From the NCBI RefSeq assembly GCF_009914755.1, contig NC_060934.1: a DNA stretch of 64,000 bases; one strand, written 5' to 3'. Shown one piece after another: positions 31,201 to 45,165 of this stretch; position 1 is the first letter of the stretch; each line of letters opens with the position of its first letter. This DNA is from the human T2T-CHM13v2.0 reference genome, Homo sapiens. Made by a program: the position numbers and the translations under genes. The notes below the pieces were generated by a model. That model was not told the origin of the DNA. It searched no databases and saw only the letters and a program-made list of their open reading frames with translations.

Positions 31201-32084
31201 TAGGTTAGGCAGGGAGGTTCTGTCTTTCTCTAGACTTCAAGGTCTAGGGTATGGATTTTGAAAACCCGCATCGGCTTTGAGGGAGCTTCAGGGTGCTGAA
31301 GACCAAGGAAGGGGGCAAATGGTAGACCAGATGAGGAGCCAAAGCTGAAGACGAGTGAATTACCCCCTTGTAATCAAGATTAGCATTGCAAATCTGTCTG
31401 TTTCCATTTTTTGATATCATTGAGATTTTAGAAAGCCTTATTTAAATGCTCCAGCTGGGTCTCAGCTATATGGAGAGGTTTGATTTCACTTTAAATGTAT
31501 GATGTATGGATCCCTTTCAAAAAACAACCTACTTCTAGACCCCCAGTGCTGGCTTAACTTATTTTTATCTTAACTTTAGTTCCTTAAATATGTCTAAAAC
31601 AATTAAAAATACAATCTCCTCATGCTGAAGAGTTCTTACGTAACTAGAAAGTCAAACAAAATTTTAAATTAAATCCAAAAATACATAAAATTAACAACGT
31701 TCAAATTTATTGCTTTACCCTGATATTGATATTTTTTGGCTGAAATGAAATTGCAGTTTTTAGCATGAATATGTTTCTGACTCCTCTTCTGTGGGTTCTT
31801 TTGAGATTGGCATGTCTATATTGCCCCGTGCTGGGTTAGGAGTCAATTCTCCTATTGCTTTTTTCCTACCCAACCTTCTGCAAACCTTGAACAATACAGC
31901 GAGAGGCCCTTAGCTTACATTTGGCAGAACCACATCATTTGTTACTAAGTAAATCTCTAGTCTTTCTTTGTTGGTCTGAAAGAAATATGGCAGGCAAAAC
32001 AATCCTGGGCCAGTACTCAACTATGAAGTGGTCATCAGGTGGTCCCCAATCCTCTTATACTCTTTGTGTCTTTAAGATTATTGT

Positions 32085-32385
<301 letters not shown>

Positions 32386-33029
32386 AATAGATTCTTGTGT
32401 TGAAAATATAAAATAGAAATTCTTATGGAGGCCCTCTGAGAGACAGTACTGGTAAGAGTCACCTTGATCCCAGCCCAGCACTGGGGGCAATAAATAATGA
32501 GTAATCCCCAGGGAAGCCGGGCCTCAAAAGAAAGGAATTAAAACTCCAGGGCTTAGCGTCTGTCCCTTCCCATGTGGCGATTCTCCTTCCTCAATAGCCA
32601 TAAAGGATGTGGGCTTGTTTTCAGTCACAGAGTCTAGCAGGTTTCCTTACATTGTTATGAGTTTTATGTACAGAAAAATAAAATCACATCTCCTCTGATC
32701 AGGTTATATGGATTAATGCCGCATACAATGCAATGCCACTGGAGAGGGCTCTGAGATATTGGGATAATAAAATTGAAAGTTAGAAAATTTAAAAAATGAA
32801 AGTAAATGTTAGGAAAGAGTGAGAGTGGTTGGAGGTTTGGAGGAAAGCCATCAAGTAATCTCTCTTTACTCGCATTTTCAGAACGCAATAAAACAAGCAT
32901 AATAAGTGTGCCACATGTAGATAGAAACACATTCTTTCTTTTTTGACATCATCCTTAATTATACATAGATACAAATGCTACATAACACAGTGAAGATATA
33001 GGTGCCATTTAGAGAAATAGAACATATTT

Positions 33030-33720
33030 TAATGGTCACCATCTTTGGAGAGCAATATAGTAAATGTTAGGACACCTGTACCTCACAGCCCAGCAATTTC
33101 CCTCCCAGGTGCAGACACTGGGAAACTTTTTCTCATGAGCTCAAGGAGATGTATATATAAATGGTCATAGCAGTATTGTTTGTAATGGTTAAAAAAATGG
33201 GAAATGTCCACTCACAAGACAACGGATCATGACTTGCGGTATATTCACACAATGTTGTACTCAATCAATTCATTCAGTAGGGAAAATGAATGAACTACAA
33301 CAATACACACCCATGATGAGTGAATTACAACAATACACACCCATGATGAATGAATTACAACAATACACACCCACGATGAATTAATTACAATAATACACAC
33401 CCATTTTGAATGAGTTATAACAATACACACCCATGTCAGTGACTCTCACACTAAAACTATTGAGTGAAATAAACAAATCGCAGATGATTCATACACTTAG
33501 ATATCATCTCTTGAGAGCACCAAAATATACTTGCAATATTGTTTATTTTTATTACAAACATATTTGTAATATAAATAACGGTATCAGATGATAAATACCA
33601 AATTCAGGGTAGCAGTTACCCCTGGGAGGGGAGAGGGAGGGAGATAATGAGGGAAGGTACATGGAGACCTCCACTCTACTAGTGATGTTTCAGTTCTTAA
33701 GCTACAAAGAGATCTACGTG
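33030..33720 (+). mobile_element. L1ME-type 3' fragment
   Basis: 'cagcaatttccctcccagg…cagtattgtttgtaatgg…aaatgtccactcac…aatgaactac'. Confidence 0.6.
33289..33435. repeat. 30-bp minisatellite, about 5 copies
   Basis: Unit AATGAATTACAACAATACACACCCATGATG. Confidence 0.92.
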
Positions 33721-35405
33721 GGTTTATACCCTTCGTATGTTTCTGAAAACCTGGACTAAGTCATGATTTTAGCAAATCAGCCATTTTGCATAAAACTCAA
33801 CTCTACTTGGAAAACACTTTAATGGGAACCTTAGACGCTTCCACAGACTCCTGGCTGTTCCTGGAACATAGCTTATAAACCTGAGCACACGTCCTGCTCA
33901 ATGACCTCATTGGGTTTCTCTATCAAAGAGGCTTCTTCATCCTTTGTTAGTCTATCAAGACTCTTCATGAAAACATTAGTCAGTAAAGCAAAATAGACTT
34001 GCCAGAAATCTAGATAGTTTCTTTAAGCTGATACACCCTTGTTTAAAGCAGTCGCTTTTATTGTATTGCTGGTTCCCTTGTTTGATAAAGGAAAAGCTCC
34101 TTGGAGCAGAGGAACATGTTTTCAACTCCCCACCCCACAGAGCCTGGGGGTTCAGGTCTGAAAGCTGCAGCAAAAGTCTAGCCTGAATCTAAAACTAAGT
34201 TACAAAATGACTCTTCCTGTGCTCCTTAGGGGAATAGCCCATACATCAGACCAATTTACTAAGAGGTCACAGGCTGGTTGCCCTAAGGCTGTGGGACCTG
34301 AACCTACACAGTCTTCATATCTGCTCCCCACCTCTCTTTCTCTGTCTCTGCACCCTAGTGGACCCCATGACCTACAGCTCTCTGGCTCCTCCCATACTCT
34401 TTCTTCCTGAGGAATCAGGTCATCATCGCCTGCATATCATACTCTGAATACCACCAACCACGGCACGAATTTAGGAGGTATTTGGTAGAGTGGAAGCGGA
34501 GTGGGATTGGCAGCCAAATATCCCTTAGTGGCTGTTGAGCCTTCGGCAAGCAATTTCACTTTTTGAGTCTTCGTTTTAGAATGGGGATGATCACATTTAA
34601 CTGATGCACTGATCACGGTGACTGGAACTCGGCAAATGTCATCATTGTCCCCATCACCCCAGAGTCCAGCCAACACAGCCCTTGCTGTGGGTGAGCTTCA
34701 CTTCTCTGGCTGAGTTAAGGGCCACCTGGTCTTAGCATCTTGCACTCACACATCTGTAGGTGAATCTTAGTCTTCTATTTGTACAGCACACACAGGACAC
34801 AAGGCGGATTTCTAACAAATGAAAATTTGACTCTGCATCTGGCCAAATTTACTACGAATGTAGGACAAGCCTGAGAACTTAATCTTTAAGGATGGTGAGT
34901 GGAGATCTAGGAAGAGAAGACCCTAAGTCTTAAGACCCTAAGTCTGAGCTTCAAGTCAGGAAAGGATTCATAGAAAAAGCTGAGTTAACTTCTGGGGACA
35001 ATAGAATTTTCAGCAGACAAGGAAAAGGGCAGAACCCAGGCACAAAGCTCAGCATGGACAGAGACATAAGGGCCAGGGAAACCATGACCTTCTGGTGAAG
35101 CACCAGCAATACTAGAGTAAAACTTCCTGAAGAAGGAGCGATAGCTCAGGCTGAAAAGACCTGCAGGGGCCTGATCATAAAGAGCCTTGAATGTCATATA
35201 AAGGTGGGGGGTGGGGGAAATCTCCTTGTATAAGCAATGGGAGGAGCTGGAGAAGAATTTGGAGAAGAAAAATTGCATAATTAGATTTGTGTTTCAGAGT
35301 AGCAGCTCTACCAGTAAGAAATTGACTGACTAGAGGAAATGAGTGTTGGAGATGAGAAACTTGGCTAGGAGAAGGGCAAGAATTCAGTCAGAAGATAGCC
35401 TCTGT

Positions 35406-35712
35406 GGTCAAGATTAGTGGCTCATGCCTATAATCTCAGTGCTTTGGGAGGCCGAGGCAGGAAGACTGCTTGAAGCCAGGAGCGCAAGACAAGCTTGGGC
35501 AACACAGCAAGACCCCACCTCTACAAAAAATAATTAAAAATTTGCTGAGTATGGTGGTGTGAGTCTGTGGCCCCAGCTACTCGAGAGCTGAGGCAGGAGG
35601 ATCGCTTGAGCCCAGGAGTTAGAGGCTACAGAGAGCAATAGTCATGCCACAGCTTTCTGGTCTAGGTAACAGACAGAGTGAGACCCCATCTCAAAAATAA
35701 ATAAAAAAAAAG
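35406..35712 (+). mobile_element. AluJ
   Basis: Diverged sense dimer. Confidence 0.9.
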
Positions 35713-35948
35713 AAAGAGGAGAAGGAGGAGGAGAAGGGGGGCAAGAAAGAGGAGGAGGAGGAAGAGAAGTAGGAAGAGGAAGAGGAGTAGGAGGAAGAGG
35801 AGGATGAAGAAGAGGAAAAGGAGGAGGAGGTGGAAGAGGATGAGGAAGAAGAGGAAGAGGAGCAGGAGGAAGAAGAGAAGAAGGAAGAGAAGGAAGAAGA
35901 GGGAGGAGGAGAAAGAGGAGGAGGAGGAGGAGGAGGAGGAGGAGGAGG
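35713..35948. repeat. (GAG/GAA)n purine-rich tract
   Basis: Continuous with the Alu tail; ends in a pure (GGA)n run. Confidence 0.92.
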
Positions 35949-36304
35949 TAGCCTTCTATTCCAGAAAAATACCCACCATGTGGATGAAGAGGAAAAAACA
36001 AATACATGATATCTTGAAGAAAGGAAGTAACAGGATATAGAAACTGACTGAATGTGAAAAGGAAGAAAAGGAGAGTATATAAAGGCAAGTTGTTGGCTTG
36101 GGTGCATGGATGGAATGGACTGCCACTTAACGAGACAAGGGAGAGAGAGAGGGGAGCAGCCCGAGGAGGATTATGATGAGGTCCCAATTATAGTACATTA
36201 AAAATGTCTCTGGAACAATCAGGGATTGCTGGAAAATATAAAAACAAATCAGAAAACTACTTGGGCATATAGCCATTAAACTTGAGGGAGTAAATGTTCC
36301 CTAG

Positions 36305-36373
36305 CTCAAGGCTGTGCAATACAATTATGATTTGAGCCACATTGCTAATTTTAGATTTTCTAATAGCTACATT
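36305..36373. mobile_element. MER33-like hAT element, left part
   Basis: 'gctgtgcaatacaattatgatttgagccac…taattttagattttctaatagctacatt'. Confidence 0.55.
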
Positions 36374-36825
36374 CAACAGCATTTCTATATGCCAATAATG
36401 AAGTCGCTGAAAAAGAAATCAAGAAAGAAATCTCACTTACAATTGCTGCCAAAAAAAATAAAATACTGAGGAAGAAATTTAACAAAGGAGGTGAAAGACC
36501 TCTACAAAGAAAACTATAAAATGCTGATGAAAGAAACTGAAGAAGACAGAAGATACAAACAAATGAACATATCCCATGCTTATGGATCAGAAGAACTAAT
36601 ATTATTAAAATAATCATGATGCTACTACCCAAAGCAATCTACAGATTCAATTCAATCCCTATCCAAATACCAATGACATTCTTTACAAAAACAGAAACAG
36701 AATCCTAAAGTTTATATGAAATCACAAAAGAACCTGAATAGTCAAAGCAATGCTGACAAAAAACAAAAAAGAAAAAACAAAAACAACAACAAAAAAAGCT
36801 AGAGGTATCACCTGATGGAACTTCA

Positions 36826-37155
<330 letters not shown>

Positions 37156-38000
37156 CTAAACATCATGATATTGGTATAAAAACAGACACATATATCAATG
37201 GAATGGAATAGAGAACCCAGATATAAATAAGTCTATATATTTACAGCCAACTGATTTTTGAAAAAGGTGCCAAGAACATACATTGAGGAACGAACATCCT
37301 CTTTAATAAATGGCCCTGGGAAAACTGGATACCCTCTCTCTCACCATATTAAAAAAATCCATGCAAAAGTGAGTTAAAAGCTTAAATGTAAGACCTGAAA
37401 TTATAAAATTACTAGAAGAAAACAGGGGAAACAATTCAGGACATTGGTCTCGGCAAAGGTTTTATGGCTCAGACCTCAAAAGCACAGGCAACAACACAAA
37501 AATAGACAAGTGGAACTACATTAAGCTAAAAAGCTACTGCCCAGAAAAAGAAACACTCAACAGAGTGGAGAGACACCTGTTGAATGGGAGAAAATGTTTG
37601 TAAACTATTCATCTGACAAGGAACTAATATCCAGAATGTTCAAGGAACTCAAACAACTCAACAGCAAATAACAATAATAATAATCCCATTAAAATGTGGG
37701 CAAAGGATCTGAGTAATTATTTCTCAAAAGAAGACATACAAATGGCCAACAGATATATGAAAAAATGCTCAACATCACCAATCATCAGGGAAATGCCAAT
37801 CAAAACCCATTCAGTTTCTCCTGAAAACAAATGGGAACACAAGCTCTCCGGAAGCCAGAACATTCTGGATATTCGCTTCACAAGAAGCTATCATTTTACC
37901 CCATTTAGAATGGGGTTATCAAAGAGACAAAAAATAACAAATGCTGGCAAGGATGTGGAGAAAAGGGAATTCACACACTGTTGGTAGGAACGTAGATTAG

Positions 38001-38329
<329 letters not shown>

Positions 38330-39030
38330 GGTATGAAGATTACTTAAACTAGAAATAGAGCTACCATACAATCCAACAATTCCACTATCGGGTATTTATC
38401 CAAAGGAAAGGAAATCAGTGTATCAAAGAGATACCTGCACCCCCATGTTTTTTGCAGGATGATTTACAATAGCCACGATATGAAATCAACCTGAGTGTCC
38501 ATCAGTGGATGAATATATAAAGAAAATGTGACATATATACACAATGAAATACTGTTTGGCCATAAAAAAGAATGAAATCCTGCCATTTGCAGGGATATGG
38601 ATGGAAACGGAGGTCATTATGAAATAAGCCAGGCACAGAAAGAAAAATATCACATATTCTCACTCATATGTGGGAACTAAAATAGTTGATCTCGTAGAGA
38701 CAGAGAGTAGCATAATACTTACCAGAGGCTTGGAGAGGTGTGTTGGAGAGGGGACATGAGGAGAGGTTGGTTAATGGGTACAAACCTACAGTTGGATAGA
38801 AGAAATAAGTTCTACTGTTTGATAGCACAGTAGGGTGATGATAGCCAACAACATTATATTTTTGAAAATACCTAGATTTGAAATGTTCTCAACACAAAGA
38901 AATGATAAATGTTCAAGGTGATGGACCCCCTAAAAGTCCTGATTTGATCATTACACATTGTATGTATCAAAATATCACATGTATGCCATGAATATGTACA
39001 AATATTATGTATCAATATGCAAAGGCAAAA

Positions 39031-39322
39031 AAAGGAATAGTTAAAAGTGATTCTAATAATATGTTTATATTAAATTACTTTAAGTTATATATATTAGATA
39101 TTTTATATAATTTATTTAGACAAATAAATCTAATATATTTTCATGTCATCATGTAATAAATAGAAAAATTAAGGTATTTTTTATATATACATATTTTTTG
39201 TATAAAACCTTCAAAATCTGGTGTTCATTTTATGCTTATAGCACATCTCAAGGCAGACTGGTCACATTTCAAGGGCTCGATAGTCACATGCAGTTAGCGG
39301 CCACCACACTAGACAAGGCATC
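39031..39322. mobile_element. MER33-like hAT element, right part
   Basis: 'cttcaaaatctggtgttcattttatgcttatagcacatctcaa…cacatttcaagggctcgatagtcacatg…ctagaca'. Confidence 0.7.
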
Positions 39323-41858
39323 TCTAACTGATTCATTGGCCCCACCCAAGAAGCCATAAAGCTGGGATGTGTCTACTTCTGGTAAATTGTGATTGCTGTC
39401 TTAACAGCTTATTTCGACAATGTAGTTGCTCCCAGTGACATTTTGTAAGTGGGATTTTGGCATATCCTAGGTCCTCTGGTACAAGTGTATATGATGGCAT
39501 GAATGCCCGAAGTGCTTTGACCTCTGCAGCGAAAGCTGATGGTCACATATGAGGAATGAACGAGCTCAGCACTCTCATTGTACAGGAGGAACACGGGGTC
39601 TGATTGAAGGGGATGTGTGGGGCACAGCTAAATTAACCCGGTTAACTTGGTCCTGTACCCCACTCTCATCCCAGCCAATTGAACACGAGTCTTGAGTTTC
39701 TCTGTTTTTTTTTTGTTTTTTTTTTTTTTTTTTGTATATGTTTTCTGCCATTTGAAGTATTGCATCAGATCTTCCCTTTTTATTTAACTGGATTCCTGTT
39801 GGGATTTTCGTTAGCTGGTTGCTGCAGGTACCAGGACACTAGGTCAAGCTATGCACAGCATAGAGTAAATGTTAATCTCTTTCAAATCCACCCAGGATGA
39901 CGTGCCCAAGAGCCTTACCCAAGAGCAATGCATGATTTACTCAACCTGTAAAATAAATTACAAGTTGCTTTAAAGCCTGTGTGGTAATATGTAAATCCTG
40001 CTCCATTCCTTCCACACACACCGGCATGGCCATTCGAATCTCTTTCACATTAAGTTTGAAAGTAAATGACAGCTGCACACACAGGCTAAATAGGAATCTC
40101 CAGCCAAAAATCTAGAGAGACCAAAGAATAATAGAAAGTTTGTGGATGTAATGTGGGGGTTATTTGAGTTCTCAATGCTAATTTAAACAAAACAAAACAA
40201 AAAAACCCCGATGAAGTAAGACTTTAATCTTTGTTGAGTTTCATGGTATCCTACACTGTATTTTTAAAACTGGTTTCTCTAGTGTTAAAGACATTGTTTT
40301 ACTTTGAAATTTTAGAAGAAATGTCTAAATTTCAGTTTCCCCATTTATAAAATATGTCCAGGTTCATGCTCTTTGTGTAAGGCATTTTTATCCCTTTGAA
40401 GATACTAAGTTATTATCATTAACGTAATTCCCTTTGAATATCAATGTAGAGTTAATTTACCCAATCGCTATCATCCACTTGTAATAAAAGCATCACACTC
40501 AGTGAAAAGTACGCAGCTTTGGAAAAAATCATCTGCTTCTAGCTTCCGGAGAGCTTGTGTTCCCATTTGTTTTCAGGAGAAACTGAATGGGTCGCTTTGT
40601 CTTGCTGGTGGACTCTTTGTTAAACTTTCCCTTTTGTTTGCACATTTCTGACAGAAGGAAACGTGTTTATTGCCTGGCACTCGTTACGAGCACTTAATAA
40701 ATCCTTGTTGGATGAATAAGCAAATGAGATTCCAGAACGGCCAGGTTACCTTTCCCTTCCCAGCAGCTTCCAAGCTTCTCCCCCTGCCTGAGACGTAGCA
40801 GACAGGTCTGGCCCGAAAAGGAACAGAATTACTGCAAATAAACGGCTACATGTTTGAGACATCAGAAATCCCCAGAAATCTTCATCTCACTCCTCTTGCT
40901 TCCCGAGTCGTGTTCCCTTCTTCCTGCTACACTCATATTCCAGCGTGAGGTCACTGGCTTGGGGCCTCTCCGAGGTCTTTTTCTCAGTCGAATGAGTATC
41001 TCCCTCTGCAAGTGCAGTGTGGTCCACCAGCCCCGAGGCGTGGCTACCCAGCGCCCTGTGATTCCCTAGATGAGGCCAATGGCCCGTGTATTTTCTCATT
41101 CCTCAGGGCCATCCAGACAGCTCCCACAGAGGCTTCCTAATGTCTCCTGGGCCAACAGGATTTTTGTTGGCACGTGATGGAAAAGGCTGCAAACCAACCA
41201 TGGCTTTGAAAGCCCAGCAGCGACATAGCTGGTATATGTGGTCTGTTTCTAGGTCTTTCGTCTACCTTCTGAGGCATGAGTTTTCATCCTGTATTTGCCC
41301 AAGCCTCATCTTCAGGCACAAAAGCCTTCACTGTTGAGAAATAGGCCAGCCGCTCTGGCTGGGAGAATGGCAGGGGCGACCTGCGCCTGGTCCCTGTCCC
41401 TGTGCCTATGCCTGAGCCCTGTGCCGGGTCCCTGTGCTCTCCTCTCATGTAGCTGGCAATGAGCCCCAGGTCCTGCATCCCAGGCAACCCGGAAGCTGGT
41501 TTGTGCGGTGTCTACAGTAAGGCTATTCAGGTATCAAGCTGTCTCAGGATTCGCATGGTTAAAAATACATGAACTTGTGGGTTAAACACTAAGGTAGCCC
41601 ATCCCGTGATTCCCGGTGCACAGTAAGGTGAGGTGGGACTCAGCCTCTTCTCCTCCCTAGTCTTCATTTCTACGTTGGGAACAGGGAGCACGTGGTATTG
41701 GGAAGAAGATGGAGCCAGTGAATGGTAGGTTCAAAGCCCTGATTTCTCCACTCACCATTTCCATAGATCTGAGGAAATCAACCTCTTGGAGCCATGGTTT
41801 TGCATCTATAAAATGAGGTTAAAAATATCTGCTTTCCAAAATTCTTATAAGGATCAGG

Positions 41859-42068
41859 TCAAGTTTGTCCAACCTGCAACCCACGATGGCTTTGAATGCA
41901 GCCCAACACAAATTCTTCAACTTTCTTAAAACATGAGATTATGCATGGACCTTCATTTTTTTCTCTTTTGCTCATCACCTATTGTTGATGTTAGTGTATT
42001 TTATGTGTGGCCCAAGACAATTCTCCTTCCAGTGTGGCCCAGGAAACCCAAAAGATTGGACACCCCTG
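41859..42068. mobile_element. MER30 hAT MITE
   Basis: 'tttgtccaacc…ggctttgaatgcagcccaacacaaatt…gtgtggcccagg…aagattggacacccctg'. Confidence 0.85.
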
Positions 42069-42102
42069 GATTAGATATTTCTAAAAAATTATCTTTATAG
42101 TA

Positions 42103-43092
42103 GAGCTTCCGCACAGCAAAAGAAACTATCAACAGAGTAAATAGACAACCTATAGAATAGGAGAAAATATTTGCAAACTATGCATCTGAAAAAGGACTAA
42201 TATCCAGAATCCATAAAGGACTTAAATCAATAAGGAAATAAAAACAAAAACAAATAACCTCATTAAGAAATGGGCAGAGGACATGAACAGACATTTTTCA
42301 AAAGAAGACAAAGCCACCAACAAGCATATGAAAAAATGCTCAGCGTCAGTGATCATCAGAGAAGCACAAACCAAAACCACAGCGATAGCCATCCATACCA
42401 ATCAGAATGGTTACAACTAAGAAGCCAAAACATAACAGATGCTGGTGAAGTTGAGGGAAAAAATGGAATGCCTATACACTGTTAGTGGGAAAGTGTATTA
42501 GTTCAACCCCTGTTTAAAGCAGTTTGGAGATTTCTCAAAGAACTAAAAATAGAACTACTATTCGACCCAGCAATCCCATTACTGAGCATATACCCAAAGG
42601 AAAAGAAATCATTCTACCGAAAAGACACATTTCTCTATTTATCACAGCACTATTCACAATAGCAAAGGCATGGCATCACCAGCTGCCCATCAACAACGAC
42701 TGGATAAAGAAAATGTGGTACATATACACCATAGAATACTACACAGCCATAAAAAGAATGAATCATGTCCTTTGCAGCAACATGGATGGAGCTGGAGCCC
42801 ATTATCTTAAGCAAATTAATGCAGAAAGAGAAAACCAAATACCACATGTTCTCGCTTATAAGTGGGAGATAAACATTGAGTACTCATGGACATAAAGATG
42901 GGTACAGTAGACACTGGGGACTCCAAAAGAGGGGAGGAAGAGGGTGGGGCAAGGACTGAAAATCTTTCTATTGGGTCCTATGTCCACTATTTGATTGACA
43001 GGATCAACAGAAGCCCAAACCTTAGCATCATGCAATCTAGCCCTTGTAACAAACGTATCCATGTGCCCCCTGAATCTGAAGTTAGAAAAAAA
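42103..43092 (+). mobile_element. Old L1PA/L1PB 3' end
   Basis: 'gcttccgcacagcaaaagaaactatcaacagagtaaatagacaacc' through the 3'UTR and A tail. Confidence 0.9.
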
Positions 43093-43129
43093 ACTGTCTT
43101 CATAGTAAATGCTCAATAAATGGCAATTA

Positions 43130-43410
43130 CTATTATAGTTACTAATAAAATATTATCTTAAAAATATATATTTGATAACTAATATATAAAACAATATTTT
43201 ATTAACATACTATACTGTATAATCAATGCCAATGTTATATAAATAATATATTAACATGTTTAATAAATATATGAATAAATATATACTAAAACATGTTATA
43301 ATATATTAAGTTTCAATACATTATGACTATTAGAACAATTCTTTATATATTATTATATTGTACTAATATATTACTATTGTTCATGTGTCATTACTTCAAA
43401 TATTGATTAA
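43130..43410. repeat. AT-rich low-complexity tract
   Basis: Seen directly. Confidence 0.8.
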
Positions 43411-44067
43411 CATGGTTTCATAATGATACAAGAAACTAACTTGTTTTACTGTTTCTAGCTAGTTTACTCTCTCTGTGGAGATACACTGGAAGTAAGTGAA
43501 AATAAAGTCACCATTTTTTTCCTGTTTGCCTAAAGTCAGCACAGCTTTGTTTTATCTGGAAAATAATCATTTGCTTTTTCAACAAAAGTAAAGTCACTGA
43601 AACATTTTGGAATCTAAAGTTCCAAATGGAAGTCAGGGATAGCAGATGAACCCAAACCAAAGCCAATGTTCACCTCCAGTTATGGTATCTTCACTGGTAG
43701 AGCCCCCTTTACACCTGCAGCTATTCGAACAGTCAGTCAATGCTGGTTATTATTACTCACCCAAAGAACAGGATAGGAAAAGGGCAACGAAATGGCCTGC
43801 CCATTACTTGTCCCCAAATATTCTGCCTGATTGCCTTCACTCTGTGGAATTTGCCCATATTATTTCATGGAGATAGTTCTACCCTGGTTCTAACCAGTTG
43901 CTTTGGCCTTCGTGCCCAGTTTATCAAACCCCATGAGCCCTTAGAGAGCCTATGGGTGCTCCTTGTTCATTTACTCAGTCAATAAATATGTATGAAGGCC
44001 CTATATTTCTGTACCATGCTATGTACTAGGCTTAAAAGGATGAACAACATACAATGGGATAAATACA

Positions 44068-44310
44068 CACTTAGAAGAAATAAACCCTGGTGTCTGACAC
44101 ATCAACAGGGTGATGATAGTTAACATGAATCGATAGTCTATTCCAAAATAGCCAGAAGAGAATAATTAGAATGTTCCGAGCTCAAAAAAAGAGAAGTATT
44201 TAAGGTGATGGATATCCCAGTGACACTGATTTGACTATATGAAAGTATGAAATTATCATTTCTCCGCAGAAAATAAGTACGTCATATATATGCCAATAAA
44301 GTTAAATAAA
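44068..44310 (+). mobile_element. L1MA 3' UTR fragment
   Basis: 'agggtgatgatagttaac…ttccaaaatagccagaagagaataatt…ttaaggtgatggatatccc'. Confidence 0.7.
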
Positions 44311-44322
44311 GACATAAGAACA

Positions 44323-44650
44323 GGGCCAGGCACAGTGGCTCACACTTGTAATCCCAGCAGTTTGGGAGGGTGAGGTGGGCAGATCACTTGAGGTCGGGAG
44401 ATCAAGACCAGCCTGGCCAACATGGGGAAACCCTGTCTCTACTAAAAGTGCAAAAATTAGCCGGGTGTGGTGGTGCACACTTATAATCCCAGCTATGCAT
44501 GAGGCTGAGGTTGAAGAATTGCTTGAACTCAGGTCAGGAGGCAGAAGTTGCAGTGAGCTGAGATCATGCCACTGCATTCCAGCCTGGGTGACAGAGCAAG
44601 ACTCCGTCTCTCAAAAAAAAAAAAAAAAAAAAAAAAAAAGGAAAAGGAAG
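44323..44650 (+). mobile_element. AluS
   Basis: Sense dimer, long A tail, TSD ataagaaca. Confidence 0.94.
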
Positions 44651-44989
44651 AAATAAGAACACGATATAGTGGAGAGGCTCACAGTCCATTGCAAAAGGCA
44701 ATGGATAAATACGTGGGGGCTTAGAGTGTGAGGGAGGCTTGGAACAAGGTAGGCAGAGCATGTGATGGACACCTAGCCCCATCCTGGGGCTTCAGAGATT
44801 TCCCAGAGGATGTGGCATCCATGCTGCCACATGAAGGTGGCCTTAGAGTCAGCAGGGTAGACAGACAGGGCAGGATGGAAAAGGATATGCCCACAGAGAG
44901 GAGAGCGCGCTGTAAGATTTGGAAGGTGTGAAGTACGCCAGGCTCAGGGAGCTATAGGGCATCCCCGTGGATAGACAGAGGGTAGACGC

Positions 44990-45165
44990 AGTGTTTCTGC
45001 AACACGTGGTGGGAGGATCACCTGCATCAGAGTCCTCCAGCCTTTTGGCACAAATGCATGGTTCTTGGATTCAGTGAGTCGGGATTTCTGGAAGAGAGGA
45101 CCAAGAATCTTCACTTTTAAACACAATCTCAGGTGATTGGAAGGCTAGCTGAAGCCTGAACTTCT
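44990..45165. mobile_element. MER5-like hAT fragment
   Basis: 'cagtgtttct…acctgcatcagagtc…aagaatcttcacttttaaacac…caggtgatt'. Confidence 0.55.

Noticed and set aside
33289-33435. CRISPR-like periodicity
   Set aside because: Head-to-tail units with no unique spacers, in a eukaryotic L1 context.
34917-34945. Short tandem duplications (also 13791-13810 and 16446-16466)
   Set aside because: Ordinary slippage events.
35642-36187. Pro-, Ser- and Glu/Arg-rich ORFs
   Set aside because: Products of the GAG/GAA tract.
42270-43119. ORFs resembling the L1 ORF2 C-terminus (also 19880-20338 and 37694-37987)
   Set aside because: Frameshifted, truncated L1 relics, not functional genes.
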